From: Craspedostauros australis
Lineage: Eukaryota
Length of the DNA stretch: 59,724 bases
Direction of reading: 5' to 3'
Assembly: GCA_030167865.1 (NCBI GenBank)
Contig: JALAGF010004074.1
Coordinates: 62,001-121,724 of the forward strand
Of the stretch, positions 43,261-56,400 are shown piece after piece (position 1 is the stretch's first letter; each line of letters starts with the position of its first letter). Both the position numbers and the translations under genes were made by a program. The notes below the pieces were generated by a model. That model was given only the letters and a program-made list of their open reading frames with translations, did no database searches and was not told the origin of the DNA.

Positions 43261-44889
43261 ATGGCGGAGGAACAGGCCGACGACGCGCCGCGCGGAGTCC
43301 GCTTCCACGGACGCGTGCAGTTCAAAACGATCCGCCACATCAAGGACTTCACGGACGGCGAGATCCGCGGCAGCTACTACCGCAAGAAGGACTACGCCAG
43401 GATGTCCGACGAGGTCGGTCACATCACGGAGATAGTGGCCAACGACGAGAGCGCGTTGAACTCCATCTGCACGCGCGGCCTCGAGCATCTCATCGACGAG
43501 ACCATCGCCGATTACCGCGCCGAGAAGATGATCCAGTCCGTCGACGCGGTGCTGGACGAGCAGGACGATCAGATGGATGAGGATATTTACGATCCCGACA
43601 TCATAGCGCACATTTACGCGGAGATCGCGGCGCCCCTGCTGCAGGAGGCACACCTGGTTGCCCTCAAGGACGAGGAGGATGCGCGGCAGGCCGCGGTCGA
43701 GATCGATCAGGCCGCCAAGGAAGGTCGCACCACCAGGGACGACGAGGATGGCTACGACGCCATGATGGAGGTCGACGACGACGACGAAGACGAGGACTAC
43801 GAAGACGAGGAGGTGGATGAAGATGAAGATGAAGATGAAGACGATGACATGGAAGACGAAGATGACGAGGACTTCACGGAGGAACCGGAGGAGTCCACGG
43901 AAAATGATGACATCGAGGAAGAGATCGTCAGCGACGCAGAGCCATCCGAGCAATCGACCGAATCTATGATTGAGCAACGCCAGCTTCAGCACCACCACCA
44001 ACAACAACAGCAGCAGCAGCAGCAGGTCTATGACGATGACGAAGATTTTGATGATGAGGAGAACGATCAACCCATCACAATGGCTCCACCGCAACCAGAG
44101 GCGTTCTCTGCACCAGCCGGCGCTCACGACACAGCCGAGGTGGAGGAGGAGGCGGTCGAAGAATCGCAGCCAGAACCAGTTCCACCACAGTCACTGCCAG
44201 AGCCACAGCCGCAGGCGCAAGCGCAACCAGAGCCAGCATCACAACCTGCGGAGAAAGCACCAAAGAAGAAGGCCAAAAAGGACAAGGCCAGCAAACCGAA
44301 GAAGGACAAGAAGAAGGCTTCCAAATCGACCAAATCCAAGGACTCCAAGCCACCTTCCAAACCAAAATCCACACCAAAGCCACCGCCGCTTCCCAAGGAC
44401 GACGTCGAGGACGAGCCGGAGCCGACGGAGAACTCGGTGGAGGAACCCGAAGAATCGCAGGAGGAATTCATGGACCTCAAGTTCGATTCCGACGACGAGG
44501 CGGAGGACGGCGTCCTGCGAAAGGAGTTCAACAAGATGCGCACGCCCAACAAATCGGCAGCCTACGAATCCGCCCAGCAGCGCGTCCGCGCCAAGCGAAA
44601 GGAAGGCGGCCAGCGCCGCAAGCGCGAACGCAAGCAGCGTGGCGGAGCTTCCGAATTCTCACCGCTGGCGCGACGTCACGATGGAAGCTTCACGTTCCGA
44701 AACAATGACTTGGAGTTGGTCAAAACGGTGCAGAAGAAGGAACGCCAGGACAAGGTCAAGTCGTCATTATTCGCCTTCCTGGACGACGATGATTACGCCC
44801 TGCCACCCAAGGGCGCCAAGAAGAAGCCAAAGCGCGGCAAGCTGATGAAGAAGAAGGCAGGGGCAGCATCCAAGACCGCGAATCAGTGA
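43261..44889 (+). CDS. Uncharacterised acidic protein with N-terminal RVxF/RGLE domain
   Basis: 542-aa GC3-biased ORF. N-terminus GVRFHGRVQFKTIRHIKDFTDGEIRGSYY...CTRGLEH, then D/E-rich, poly-Q and K-rich tracts. Confidence 0.8.
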   Translation: MAEEQADDAPRGVRFHGRVQFKTIRHIKDFTDGEIRGSYYRKKDYARMSDEVGHITEIVANDESALNSICTRGLEHLIDETIADYRAEKMIQSVDAVLDEQDDQMDEDIYDPDIIAHIYAEIAAPLLQEAHLVALKDEEDARQAAVEIDQAAKEGRTTRDDEDGYDAMMEVDDDDEDEDYEDEEVDEDEDEDEDDDMEDEDDEDFTEEPEESTENDDIEEEIVSDAEPSEQSTESMIEQRQLQHHHQQQQQQQQQVYDDDEDFDDEENDQPITMAPPQPEAFSAPAGAHDTAEVEEEAVEESQPEPVPPQSLPEPQPQAQAQPEPASQPAEKAPKKKAKKDKASKPKKDKKKASKSTKSKDSKPPSKPKSTPKPPPLPKDDVEDEPEPTENSVEEPEESQEEFMDLKFDSDDEAEDGVLRKEFNKMRTPNKSAAYESAQQRVRAKRKEGGQRRKRERKQRGGASEFSPLARRHDGSFTFRNNDLELVKTVQKKERQDKVKSSLFAFLDDDDYALPPKGAKKKPKRGKLMKKKAGAASKTANQ

Positions 44890-45410
44890 TGGCCATCCAT
44901 TGATCCTGCAGGTAGCATCTTCTCGTCACTTGCGACGTCACTTCTACCGTCGACATCCTCACTGCTGTTAACACGGCATTCACCTCGCACAGACATGGCG
45001 GCCGTCAGGCTTGTGGAACGAGAGGGAGGAAAGTTCGGAAGGCGTTGTACCATACAAGAGATAAAACGAGGAATGATGGCAGCTTCTGAATGCTGCCTGC
45101 TGCCGTGAGAAGAACACATGCCATGGGTCTTGGGTTGTGTTGTTACCAAATATTAAAATTCCAATATTTCAATCACTCCGACTGCATGAATTGTTGGTAC
45201 ACGTGAAGAGAGCCTTGCTCATTGATGGTACGATGGCACCCGTGCGTTTGACATTATGTTTCTGTCCCCATGCTGATTGCATTCTGTACCAGCGCTGGAG
45301 CAGTGTGCCTTTGCAGAGTCGTACTCGTTGGCATTGCATGAACGTGCTGGAAGAGCCAACCGTCGACCAAAACAAGGCAACGGCACAACCTTTCGTGGAA
45401 ACAAGACCAA

Positions 45411-46888
45411 TCATACAATGACATTCTCCGACACAGTCGCCGCATGCTTCGGATCTGGATTGCTGGTCTTTCGATCCAACGCTTTCAGCCTGGCCTGCCT
45501 CGCATCTGCCGCCGATGTTGCATTGGGACGCTTCGATGCCGAACCCAACGTCCTGCCCGGTCCTGTTGGAAACACCGATCCTGGTGGTTGCTGCTGTGCG
45601 CCGGTCGACGACGATATCGACGATGTCAGCGCCAGCGAATGGTCCTCAGCATCCGCGCCGATATTGCCCCAGACCGAGCTCCCCAACGATTCCTGCGCCA
45701 CGATCCATCCCTTCTGCCGCACGAAGTAGGACAGCTGGTTATCTTCGTATCGTTTCAATGTGGACGGCTCCGGCAAGTACCGATCGAGGTATCCCTTTCT
45801 GCGATGTGGAATTGGCAACGGTTGGCATGGTGGTGTGATATGTGGTGTGATATGTGATGTGATGGAGGGTTGGAAGATTGGCGAATGTAATATAAATAGC
45901 GATGGACAAGCATAGTGTTCGGACGCCATACGCGCGGGTGTGTACAATGCAGTGTCCAAAGACCAGCATGATGAGGCCGAGAGTGAGTATGGTGTGATGT
46001 ATCGCGATATCACGCCGTCACGACAGCATGCAGCAATGTATGACCATGATGCTCGATCATGTGTTATAATAGGTGATGACAGCACTAGTGCTCGTCTATC
46101 GAGCCCATGGATTTCAAATGCATCAATTGGCGACCAAACCCATTCATGCACATCCATGCACATCCATGCACATCCATGCACATCCATGCAAATCCATGCA
46201 AATCCATGCACAATCAAATCAGATATGCCTTCCACTCCTGCTTCTCGTCCTGCTTCTGTGTCCACCACCATCTCACTTACCCGTACAGATACCCGACGCC
46301 GATCGACAGCAGGTAGGACAGCTGGAATCCCCCCAGCACGGAGAAGATGGCAAATATCGTCAATGCGTAGTACATGGTGGGCAGCATGAATCCGAAGATA
46401 TTGCGCTTGGACCCCGCCGGCGCCTTGGCGCACTCCACCTCGATGACGCCGAACAGGAGCATCCAGATCCCGTGCGATTGCCAATGCAGCGGCGCCGCAT
46501 GGTTGGTGAGGATTGACAGCAGCACGGTGAGGAGCAAAAACGCGCAGTTGACCCCGACGCCCAGCGCCAGCAGCAGAAAGGCGAAGGTGGTGGAACCGCA
46601 GCTCTGTTCCAGCCGCCTTCCATTCTCCACGAAGCCCATGTAGATGAAGATGAGGCTGAAGAAGCTCGTGCAGATGAAGGGGCTGAAGAGGAGGCGGTAG
46701 ATCTCGAACCGGAACAGCGTGAAGTACGGGATGTTGGCCAGAGGGTAGATGGGGTCGAAGAGGAAGGACAGGAACCACGTGGCGCACTGCGAGATCATCA
46801 CGTTGCGCGTGACCCACGGAGTGTCGTTGCAGAAGCTCTCGTAGGCATCGAGGATGGGGTTCGGCGGTGGTGGGGATTCTGGCTGCAT
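45411..46888 (-). CDS. Rhomboid-superfamily pseudoprotease (Derlin/Dsc2/RHBDD-like) with SHP-like box
   Basis: Exons 46888-46281 and 45798-45411 (GTAAGT...GCAG, phase 2). Motifs TPWVTR, FEIYRLLFSPF, LEQSCGSTTF and multiple TMs. No catalytic GxS/His seen. C-tail contains FPTGPGRTLG. Confidence 0.8.
46146..46210. repeat. 10-bp tandem repeat (CATCCATGCA)n in intron
   Basis: About six consecutive catccatgca/aatccatgca units inside the rhomboid-like gene intron. Confidence 0.85.
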
Positions 46889-47355
46889 TGTTTGCTGATC
46901 AGGAGACTTCTCTGGAGAGTAGAGAGTAGGGAGTAGAGATTGGAGTAGGGAGTAGAATAGCTCGTATTGTGCCTCCCAGTGTAACTGCAGTTGTAGTCGT
47001 ATTGCTTTGTGTCAGACAAGAGGGCAAGAATGGGAGATACTGTGGTGGATGGTTCGATCTTGTTTCCTTGCTTCCTTGCTTCCTTGTTTTCTGGATCTTG
47101 TCTGGCGTCGCTTTTTGGCGCCACAAAACGATGCGAACTCCCCTTCTTTTCATCTCGTGTTGCCACCTTCGCGCTCGGTACGAATGGGTCGGACGCCCAG
47201 ACCATCACCACAAGCTATGACCTACAGAACCTCTTCACTTCAAATTGCTTCAACATAAGCACGACGTCATGGGATCACAGAAACTCATTCAAGACAAGAT
47301 GCGCTAAATTACCATGTGTTCGAGTCCAAAGGATTACTATGCTCTCCCTGTCTCT

Positions 47356-50300
47356 CTACGAACTCTCGGTGGTGGCCGAGGCCTCGACGAGGCTGCGGAA
47401 CATGCCACCCTTCGAGAGAAGGTTCTTGGGCGTGTCGAACTCCGCCGCACGACCATCGTCCATCACCAGGATGTAATCATTGTCCATGATGGTGTTGATG
47501 CGATGGGCGATCGTGATGCACGTAGCGTTGGCGAATTCGCTTCGCATCACCTTCTGAATCCTGGCATCGGTGTCGGCATCGACGGCCGCCGTGGCTTCGT
47601 CCATGATGACGATGGCTGAGCCTCGCAACAGCGCTCTGGCGATCACCAGCAGCTGGCGTTGGCCGACCGAGAAGTTGCTTCCGCCTTCGCGCACCGGGTC
47701 GAACAGCGAACCGACCATCGTCGTGGACATGGACGTCAGGCTCATCGATGACGTCGATGGTCCGCCCATCTTGAACATGCCAACGCGGACAAGCGCATCC
47801 GTCAGCTCCGAGTCGCTGAATTCGAGGAATGGATCCAGATTGGACCTGATGGTCCCCGAGAACAGCACCGGGTCTTGCGGGATGACAGCGATGTTGGAAC
47901 GAAGCTTGGCCAGGCCCAATGTTTTGCTATCCACGCCATCGATGGAAATCTTCCCCGCCTCCAACTCGACGATGCGGAGGATGGAGAGCATCAACGTTGA
48001 CTTTCCTGCTCCTGTGCGTCCGACGACTCCAACCTTGCTCTTCGCCGGGATGTTCAAGTTGAGACCCTTCAGGACGAGCGGCAATCCCGGACGGTACCGC
48101 AGCTGCGCATTCTCAAAGATGAGCTCGCCGCCCCGCGGCCACTCTTTCTCGACGGAGTTGTCTGCATCAGTCTTACGCGCAGCTTCGCATTCGAGCCCGC
48201 AGTACTCCTTCACGCGCTCCACTGCGACCATGCAGGCTTCCAAATCACTCGCCATGCGGACGCTCCAGTTCATCGACTGTGTGACCGACAAGGCGAACGA
48301 GATGGCAAGTCCAACCAACCCAGCGAAGGCCTCGTCACCACCTCTGGAATTATGTTCCAACACACCGCACAGACATGCTGCGGTGACGATGATGGTACCA
48401 ACAAGCTCGAGTCGGATGGCCAACCAGCATTGCGCTGTACATGTCAAGAAGTAGGCATTCTGCACAAGAGAAGGGCCACATGGATGAATGTTCGTGCATG
48501 TGGAAATACGTAAGGGTACATTGTAAGCGATGCGTGCGATTGCAAGCAAAGCGACGGCAAGAGTCAACCCAGCAATGCAAATGGAGTGGAGTACGTATCT
48601 GTTAGAGCAGGGTGGTACGAGTAGAGTAAAGTAGAGAGAGAGCCGTGTGGTGCAAGCGAGGCAACTGAAGCACACATACTCGTAACAAGGAGCTCAAAAC
48701 ATTGGTTGTGTTCGTCTGCAATGGTTCCTGTGCGTCAAGTCACTGCACCACACTACGATTACGAGCAGTATGCACTCGCACGTACCTGCTGCAAGTTCAA
48801 GAAGGAGACGAGCCGATTGCTCAAGGCGTGCTCCGCTGAGAATGCTCGGATTGTGGCAACGCCGTCGATGGACTCGCCCAGCAAAGCGAAGATGGGGCTT
48901 CGACTGACGGAGTCCAATCTCTTCAGTTCTCTGTACGTCACCGTGAAGAAAGCCTGCTGGTTTCCGTAGTAAATGATCATGGGAATCAAGCAAACCGCGA
49001 AGATCGGTGTCACAGCGCACACAACCGCGATAGTCGAGATGACATTGAAGAGAGTCTGCAAGTAGCTCCTCATCGCAGTCATCAGTCGTTCGTCAATCTC
49101 ATACATGTCTACCAAGTGCACCCATTCATTCATCCATTCAACCATTTATTCAATCATTTATTCAATCAAGAAATCAAGCACGGATCAATAGACGAAGAAA
49201 GGGATATGGAAAATGAAAGAGGTAGGCAAAGAATGAGAAGTGTTAGCGAACGCCATATTGGTATGTACCATCACGCGTTGTGTATGGTAAGGCGTTGCAA
49301 GCAACCACCATGAACTCAAATGAATAGATCCATCTTGGGGTGACCAGCATGTCGGCCGTTCAATCCACCAATGCAATCGTGCGGTCCAGCCAACGCCCTG
49401 ACAACTCGTACCTTTGCTGAAACGGTTAATCACGCGACCGACCGGTGTCGTATCAAAGAATGACATCGGCACTTGCAGCATGATGTCCAGCATCTCGGCG
49501 AACAGCTGCTCAGGTGAGTGGTAGGGTGAAGGCGCAAGGCAGGATGCAATTGAACAAAGGTCCCATGCAGGTGGTGAGTGAGAAAAGCAAGTTTGGAAGT
49601 GACAAAGACATAGGAATGTGAGATGACGTGGTGTCAGTTCGAGACCTTGGCCGTTGCACCAGTAAGTTTCTTGTTTCATCACTTGTCATGATACACAACT
49701 GAAGATGTTCGTAACTGAAGATGCTCGTGTGAGCATTCCATACTTCCGAGCAGCCTCAAGAGAACAGATGTCGTCATCCTATCGGTGCGGCCACGCAGGA
49801 ACTTACCTTTCTCGAGGCACGCAGTCCGAACAGCGTGACGAGCAGAACACGAAAGAAGGTCGCGATGATGACCGCGAAGTTGATCAGCGCATACACCGTC
49901 AGGAAGTTGTACTGGCTTTCATCGTCACCATGTTGGGACCAGTAGGTGAGGAACCATTTGCTGCTGACGTTGATCGCCTCGACACCTCCGAATGCAAGGA
50001 TGATGACGAGAGGGATCCACGCGCTTCCCGCAGCTCTTGCCCATGCCACGTACACGTCCAAGCTCACATGACCTTTGGCTCGTTCTTCTTCTGTTGTGAG
50101 CTTGGATCCCGACCCCTTGGTCACATCCTTCGCATCGGCGGCGGCTTGTCCATTGCCAGCGCTCTTCTTGGGCGAGCCTGGTATTTGCTTGGCGACAGCA
50201 TCCTTCAAAGGGACGAATTCACCACCGTCATCGACCGCGGCGTCCATCGTCACAGGTACGTTGTCGCTGGCGTCATCCATGTCGCCTGCGGAGACCCCAT

Positions 50301-52791
50301 TGTCTTCGATGACGGAAAGGAACTGCGCAAAGAGAGACCCTTCACTGCTGGCCAAATCGGCGAAGCTCCCCTGCTCAACGACGCGGCCATCGCGGACGAC
50401 CACAACTCGATCGACGCGAGGATGGCTCAGGTACTGCAAAGCGTTGGTGGCAAGGATGACAGATCGCTGCTGGCGGTTCTCGTCGTCATCGCTGCTCAGT
50501 AACTCCTTGACGATGCATTCATTGAACAAATGCTTCGCCACGTGCGCGTCGACCGCGCTGAGAGCATCATCGATCAGGGTGATGTCGCCGTTGTGATACA
50601 CGGCACGGGCCAGCGCAACTCGCGCCTTCTGGCCACCTGAGAGCGTGATTCCTTTCTCGCCGATCTCGGTTTGATCGCCGCCTGGCAACATCTCCAAATC
50701 ATGCTTCAAGGCGCAACATTCGATGGCTCGCTGGTATCGCTTCTCGTCGACAGGTTCGGTGCTGTGACCAAAGAGGACGTTCGTGCGGACGGATGCATTG
50801 AGAATGAATGGCGTTTGAGCGAAGTACGCGAGGTCACCGCGGCACTTGATGTCGCCGGAAAGTTGTCGGACTTCTCCGAGAATCGCATTGATCAGGGATG
50901 ATCTGTGGGTTGCAGGAAGGTGGGGATTCGCAAATGTGAGATTTTATCTTGTGCATACGTGCGAGTAGGAACGGCGCACAATCATATTGAGAATACATGG
51001 TACATGATGGTACGCTGTCGAGGCTTCGAAACGATTGCGAGCAAGCCACAAGTGCAACATGAGACTGGGGGTGCAGATGTTTGCCATCATGTATGTACCG
51101 CCCTGCTATCCACAGACGAACAGACGCGAGAGTGACGTGGCAACTTACTTTCCAGAACCCACGGCGCCCACCACCGCAACAAGCTCACCGGGTCTGCACT
51201 GCAAGTCGATGCGCTTCAAGCACAACAGGGATCGCGAGGCCGCACCTTCCATTGCGGTGCCATCTGTGCTGTCGGTGGATGTGGCCAATGCTTTGGAATC
51301 TTCCTTGAGTGTGAGCAACTTGATGTGCTGCTCGGCTTCCTCGAGCTGCGATCTCAGCAGCGATACCTCCCAGCTCTTATCCGCCATCGCCTTGGCAGCT
51401 GGATCCGTGGCGGTGTCGTCGAGCGTCGGCTTTTGGCTGTCGTAAACGGCCGACACCGTCTTCATGACGATGCCGTTGTACTGCAAGTCGTCTGGACCCA
51501 CAGGATGATGTTCGTCGCACATCAAGAACGACTTGATTCGCGCCAACGATACCTGGGCCTCGACGATGCGGTTGATGATCTGTGGAAGCATGAAGAGCGG
51601 GAAGCGAAGGACGTCGAACAACGCGAGCGAGGTCAATGCTGATGCCACGTCGAGGTTGTGACCGGACAGGACATACGCAGTGAAGGTGGCCAGGGCCACG
51701 AGCAAAGGCGTCGCGCTGAAGGTCATGAGGGAGAAGGCGTTGACGACGATGTAGTAAAAGAGATTCTCGAGCTCCACCTCTCGGAGCCGGATGATGCGTG
51801 TTTGGAAGGACTCCTCCCACGCCTGCAGCTTGATGACCTTCATGGAGCCCATGACCTCGCTGTTGACGTTGACGCGTTCGTCGCGCGCCCGCATGAGACG
51901 CTTCTGCAGTCCGCCCATCCAGCGTGCGATGTATCTGGTGATCGGCATCATGATGATGATGATCGCGACGCCGCCGAGACTGCTGGCACCCAGCTGCTGC
52001 CAGAGGAAGAAGATGGCCAGTCCGATCTGGAGGAAGCTGTACCAGATGGCGTGCAGGTACGTGGTGAGATCCTGCAGCTTCTGCGCGTCGATGCTGATGA
52101 GGTTGGTGATCTCACCGAGCGTCCGGGTCTGCCGTTCGCCGGACGACAGGACGAGGGCCTTGCGGTACACCGCGACGACGACGGCGGTGCGGGCCTTGAG
52201 GCCGAAGAGGTAGCACTTGTAGAAGTAGTGCCGCAGGCAGAACGACATGGTCAGCTGCGACAGCGTCACGGCCGCAGTGAGGAAGAGGCCCTCCTCGATG
52301 GGAGCATCGGCGTCGCGCAGGAACTCGATCATCTGATTGAGCACCTGGGGACCCACGAAGATGCAGCAGTCGTGGATCAGCTTGAGGGTGAAGCCGCCGA
52401 CCACATAGTCAAAGCCGAACGCGCGCAGCAGGGTCATGAGCACGCTTGGGTTGGAAGAGTTCTTCACTTCCTCCTTCCAGGCCGTTTCGAATGTGGAACC
52501 CAGGTACTCCGTCTGGCAATCGCTGGGAAGCGGGATGAGCTTCAGGTCCGAGGCATCCAGGCGCTTCTTCTCGTTGCCGAGCTGCAGCAACGGGTTCATC
52601 CAGCCGAAGATCAGCTGGGACCAGATCCCGCTGGTTTCCTGGATGTGGATCTCGTCTTCGAACTCATCGTCGAATCCATCCGCAGCGCCGGCATCGTTGA
52701 CGAGCGGCGTTGTCTCGGCTGCTGCCGCAGCACCATCGCCCTCCGCGCCGTCCTTCTTCTGCGTGCCGATTGTTCCGTACGACGATGCCAT
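47356..52791 (-). CDS. ABC transporter C family (MRP-like), TMD-NBD-TMD-NBD
   Basis: Exons 52791-51149, 50902-49807, 49505-49412, 49108-48786 and 48459-47356, all GT-AG and in frame. Walker A motifs GAVGSGKS and GRTGAGKS, signatures LSGGQKAR and FSVGQRQL, plus FFDTTPVGRVINRFSKD. Confidence 0.95.
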
Positions 52792-53424
52792 CGTGTCTCT
52801 CGTTGCTGATCTCGATACAAAGTGGGAGTACGGTGGAGTTGACTAGAGCCGTCGTCCGCAAGTGTGATGTGCGTCGCCAATGCCGATGGGGATCGAGGAA
52901 TGGCTGATGAATGAGCCCAGGCAGGATCGTTGGCGGCTGTTGTTGGGAGACCCGAGACTGGGCGGCTTCGACGCGCAACGGCCCGAACCACGGATGGGTG
53001 GATGGAGAGGCGGGTGGATCACGCAGGAATCTTGGTGATGTTTGCGTTGCCGAATCACTCATTCTGGTCGAATGGGCGCATCTTGTCCCAAACCAGGACA
53101 CGCAATGGTGTCCCTGAACGCTTCGAAGAAGATCGGAACTGTTCTTCGATAGACCAGGACTCAATTGACTCTAACTGTCACTATTCTCGTTGTGTTTAGC
53201 TCATAGACTTTGGCCTGATCCAGATGGCACACGTTTCAACTCTACGCTGTGATCATTTTCGACCTCCACGATGTTCAATGGACGGGAGCAACGCTCCCTC
53301 GCCCTTCCATACTGATCATTCATCTTCCTCAACCATCTTCCTCAACAATATCCCTACACTGCGTAGACTATCTTACAATCATGGAGGTGGTGATGCATTG
53401 AGCAATACGATGCATTCGCATCTC

Positions 53425-56400
53425 TCATGCGGAAGCGATCGTCTTGCGATACAGATTGCTCACGGAGTCGACCAGGGTTCGATCGTTGCCAGAGAGCTCT
53501 TCAGTCTTCACCACGCCTTGCATGCCACCGATGAGTTTGCCAAGCAGCTGCTTGTTCTCAGCTCCGAAGTAGTCAGTCCCCACGGACGACACGCATCCCT
53601 TCGATTTCAGCATGCGGCACAGGCATCTCGTGAATGGGACGGAGTACGGGGGCCGGATGATCTGCAGAAGGCCTCCAACGAAGTACCGGATGAGCGCGGC
53701 GTCGACCGATGTGTTACCCCCCTTCTCCAGCAGATCCGTCATGCAATCTATCACCGTGGTCGGGTCGCCCTTGATGCACATGACCAGCAGCAAGCGGAGG
53801 CTCTGCTCCTTGATGGCGTTCATCTTCTGGTACGAAACATCGGAGTTGGAGTGGTTGAGGAAGCTCATCGCGATGGCCGTGGCATCCTCGCATGCGAATG
53901 GATGTTCCATGGATGAGATGCGGATCAGCGAAAGGATGCTGGGTGAGAGGGTCGGGTACGACGCTGAGGTGACGAAGTCGGCGCCCTTCGTGACTTCCTT
54001 GGCCCACATGCAAACACCTCGTGCAACTGACGGACACTTTATCGCCAAAGTGCACAGCCGCTGCCCCGGTGATGTTGCCACCGCGGGTGCTGCAGATGGA
54101 GGAGCGGCTTTTTTTGCAGATCCATTGGCAGTCCCATTGGCATTGGCATTCCCAGTCGTCGCTGTATTTGCGCCTGCTGTTGCGTTTGCTTTCACACCCT
54201 GCGATGTTGGACGAACTCTCGTAACGACGAACGATACCATCGTCTCCAGCGTCTCACAAAGCTGGCTGGCCTCGGCGATGTCCTTCGACAGCGCTTCGAA
54301 CTCCATCTTGCGTTGTTCGGGATCGGCATTGGCAGATGCACCGCCATTTGGTTGGCTTCGTTCTTGCTCCGCGCGTTCAACTTCCAGTGTCGTGATGGCT
54401 GTCAACCTGGCGCACTTCTGGCGCGTGGTTGGGGTGGCAACTCGCTGCGATCCTGGCCGGAACAGGGAACCGATCAGACCGCGGACGATCATGGGGTGAG
54501 ATATGCATATTCTGCCAAGTTCTTTCGATAGCAGCGCATCATCCAACGGCCCGCTGGTAGGAAGCATCTGATCCAACAAGCGATCATCTACTCTGGTGCC
54601 AAATGCGTACTTCTGCAAGAAATCCAAGGCGGCCGCCTCCATCTTCTGCACCTGACATCGCTTCTTCAGGTTGGCGTCATCCGGAGCGGCCGATGGGTCC
54701 AACTTTCGCCGTTGTCTCTGGTGCAAGGGGTCCACGACCATGGCGATGTCAAGCCTGCGCTTGCGGTAGAGCGGATTGGAGCTCTTCAAATTTGTGTTCG
54801 GATCGACCATCCCCGTTTGCAGATCTTCGCTTAGCCTTTGCCACTTTCCGATGACACGCATGAATCTTGGATCCGAGGCACGGTCAGATTCCCTTGCATG
54901 GTGGACCAAGTGCTTCAATACCTACTCGTAGCGCGTCGCATCGTAACGCAGCGTCGCATTGCGTATCGTTGGTTTTCGTCATCAAACGTCACGGTGTGTT
55001 GAGATTGCCACGAAAATTATGAGATTGGAATCCCAATGATTGACGCAAGAGATAGATGGGCAGACACATCGGAAAGGCAAAGACAAGGGTGGAGGGTAAG
55101 AAGGGTGTGTGTCCGGCTTGCGCATGGTACCATACCACATCACATCACGTTACAGCACATCACATCACGCCACACCATACCACATAAAACACACAACCCC
55201 ACCACACACAACAAAACAAAACAAAACAATCGAGTTCATCACAAGCATTGCGCTGCAACGCAGCAGCTTGAACATATCATAGTTGTGCTGATATTGACAC
55301 AGACACTGGTACTGCATGAATGGTATCACAATGACTGCATGGTATGCCACGTTGTTGCTGCTGTGCAAACGGATTCTGCATCGCAGTCTGCACCGCAGTC
55401 GAGAACTTGAACGGCTTACCTCGATTGCGTAAATGTAGGTGTACGCTGTGGATGTGCAGGTTCGACGAAGATTTTCCACCAGCTCTCGCAGCCCAATAGA
55501 CGTGTCGGATTCCTTGCCAGACGTGACAGAGATCTTCCCGATGACGCTTAGCTCTGACACGAGCATGGCGTTGAAGACAGAGAAGTGGTCGGACTGGTTG
55601 ATCCGCTTGGCGATTTCGCGATGGTGCCCGCGCTTCGAAATGGCTTGCAAGCAGTACATGAGCAGCGCGCTATTCTTGTTCACCGCAGACAGATCAATCA
55701 GCAGCTTCCTCCAGCGGGGTGAATCCATCATGTCCTCCAGGAACACAACCTCCGCGCTTGTCAGGGCCAGAATGCTGTCGCCACCTATCACAGTGAAGCG
55801 TTCCTTCACGATTTTGTACACCACGTCTTGGGTGCGCTGCCGGACTGCATCAGCTGTGCTCTCGAACACCCGTGGCCTGTCATCGCCGCTGGATATTGAG
55901 TCTGACTTGAGGTCCGCCAACCATCGGCAGACCAAGCCGCAGATCGTGGTCTGCCCGTAAAAGCTGTTGATCAGAGCCTGGATCGCCTCCTTCGGGCCCC
56001 CATCCCCGCCAACGACCTCGGTGACATCAGACATGATGCCTGTTCACAAGGCCGAAATAGAAGGGGGGAACGGAGATCCAAAGCGTGGCGATTCCAAGCC
56101 GGATATCGCAAGTCGTGCAATAATATGGAACGCATGGAAAATGTGTGTATATGCAGACTCAGTTGCAGCGGCGCAAACTCAGAGTGAGTGAGGATTGAGT
56201 GAGAGGATTGCTGGCTGGTTGTCAAGCCTTTCAGCATGAGTGCCAAATCATGACGACGTTCGAAATTCCATAGCACTTACCCTTCTCCATGATTGCATCG
56301 CGCTTATTCAGAGCATCCCTGGCATCTTGCAGCCTCTGCACGGCAGGATCAATGACGGGCTCTGCAGGTTCCTCTTCTTGATCTTTTGTTTTTGCTGCTG

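Noticed and set aside
45411-46817. 468-aa ORF in the track
   Set aside because: A chimera of an off-frame exon 1, the repeat-containing intron and the true exon 2 of the rhomboid-like gene.
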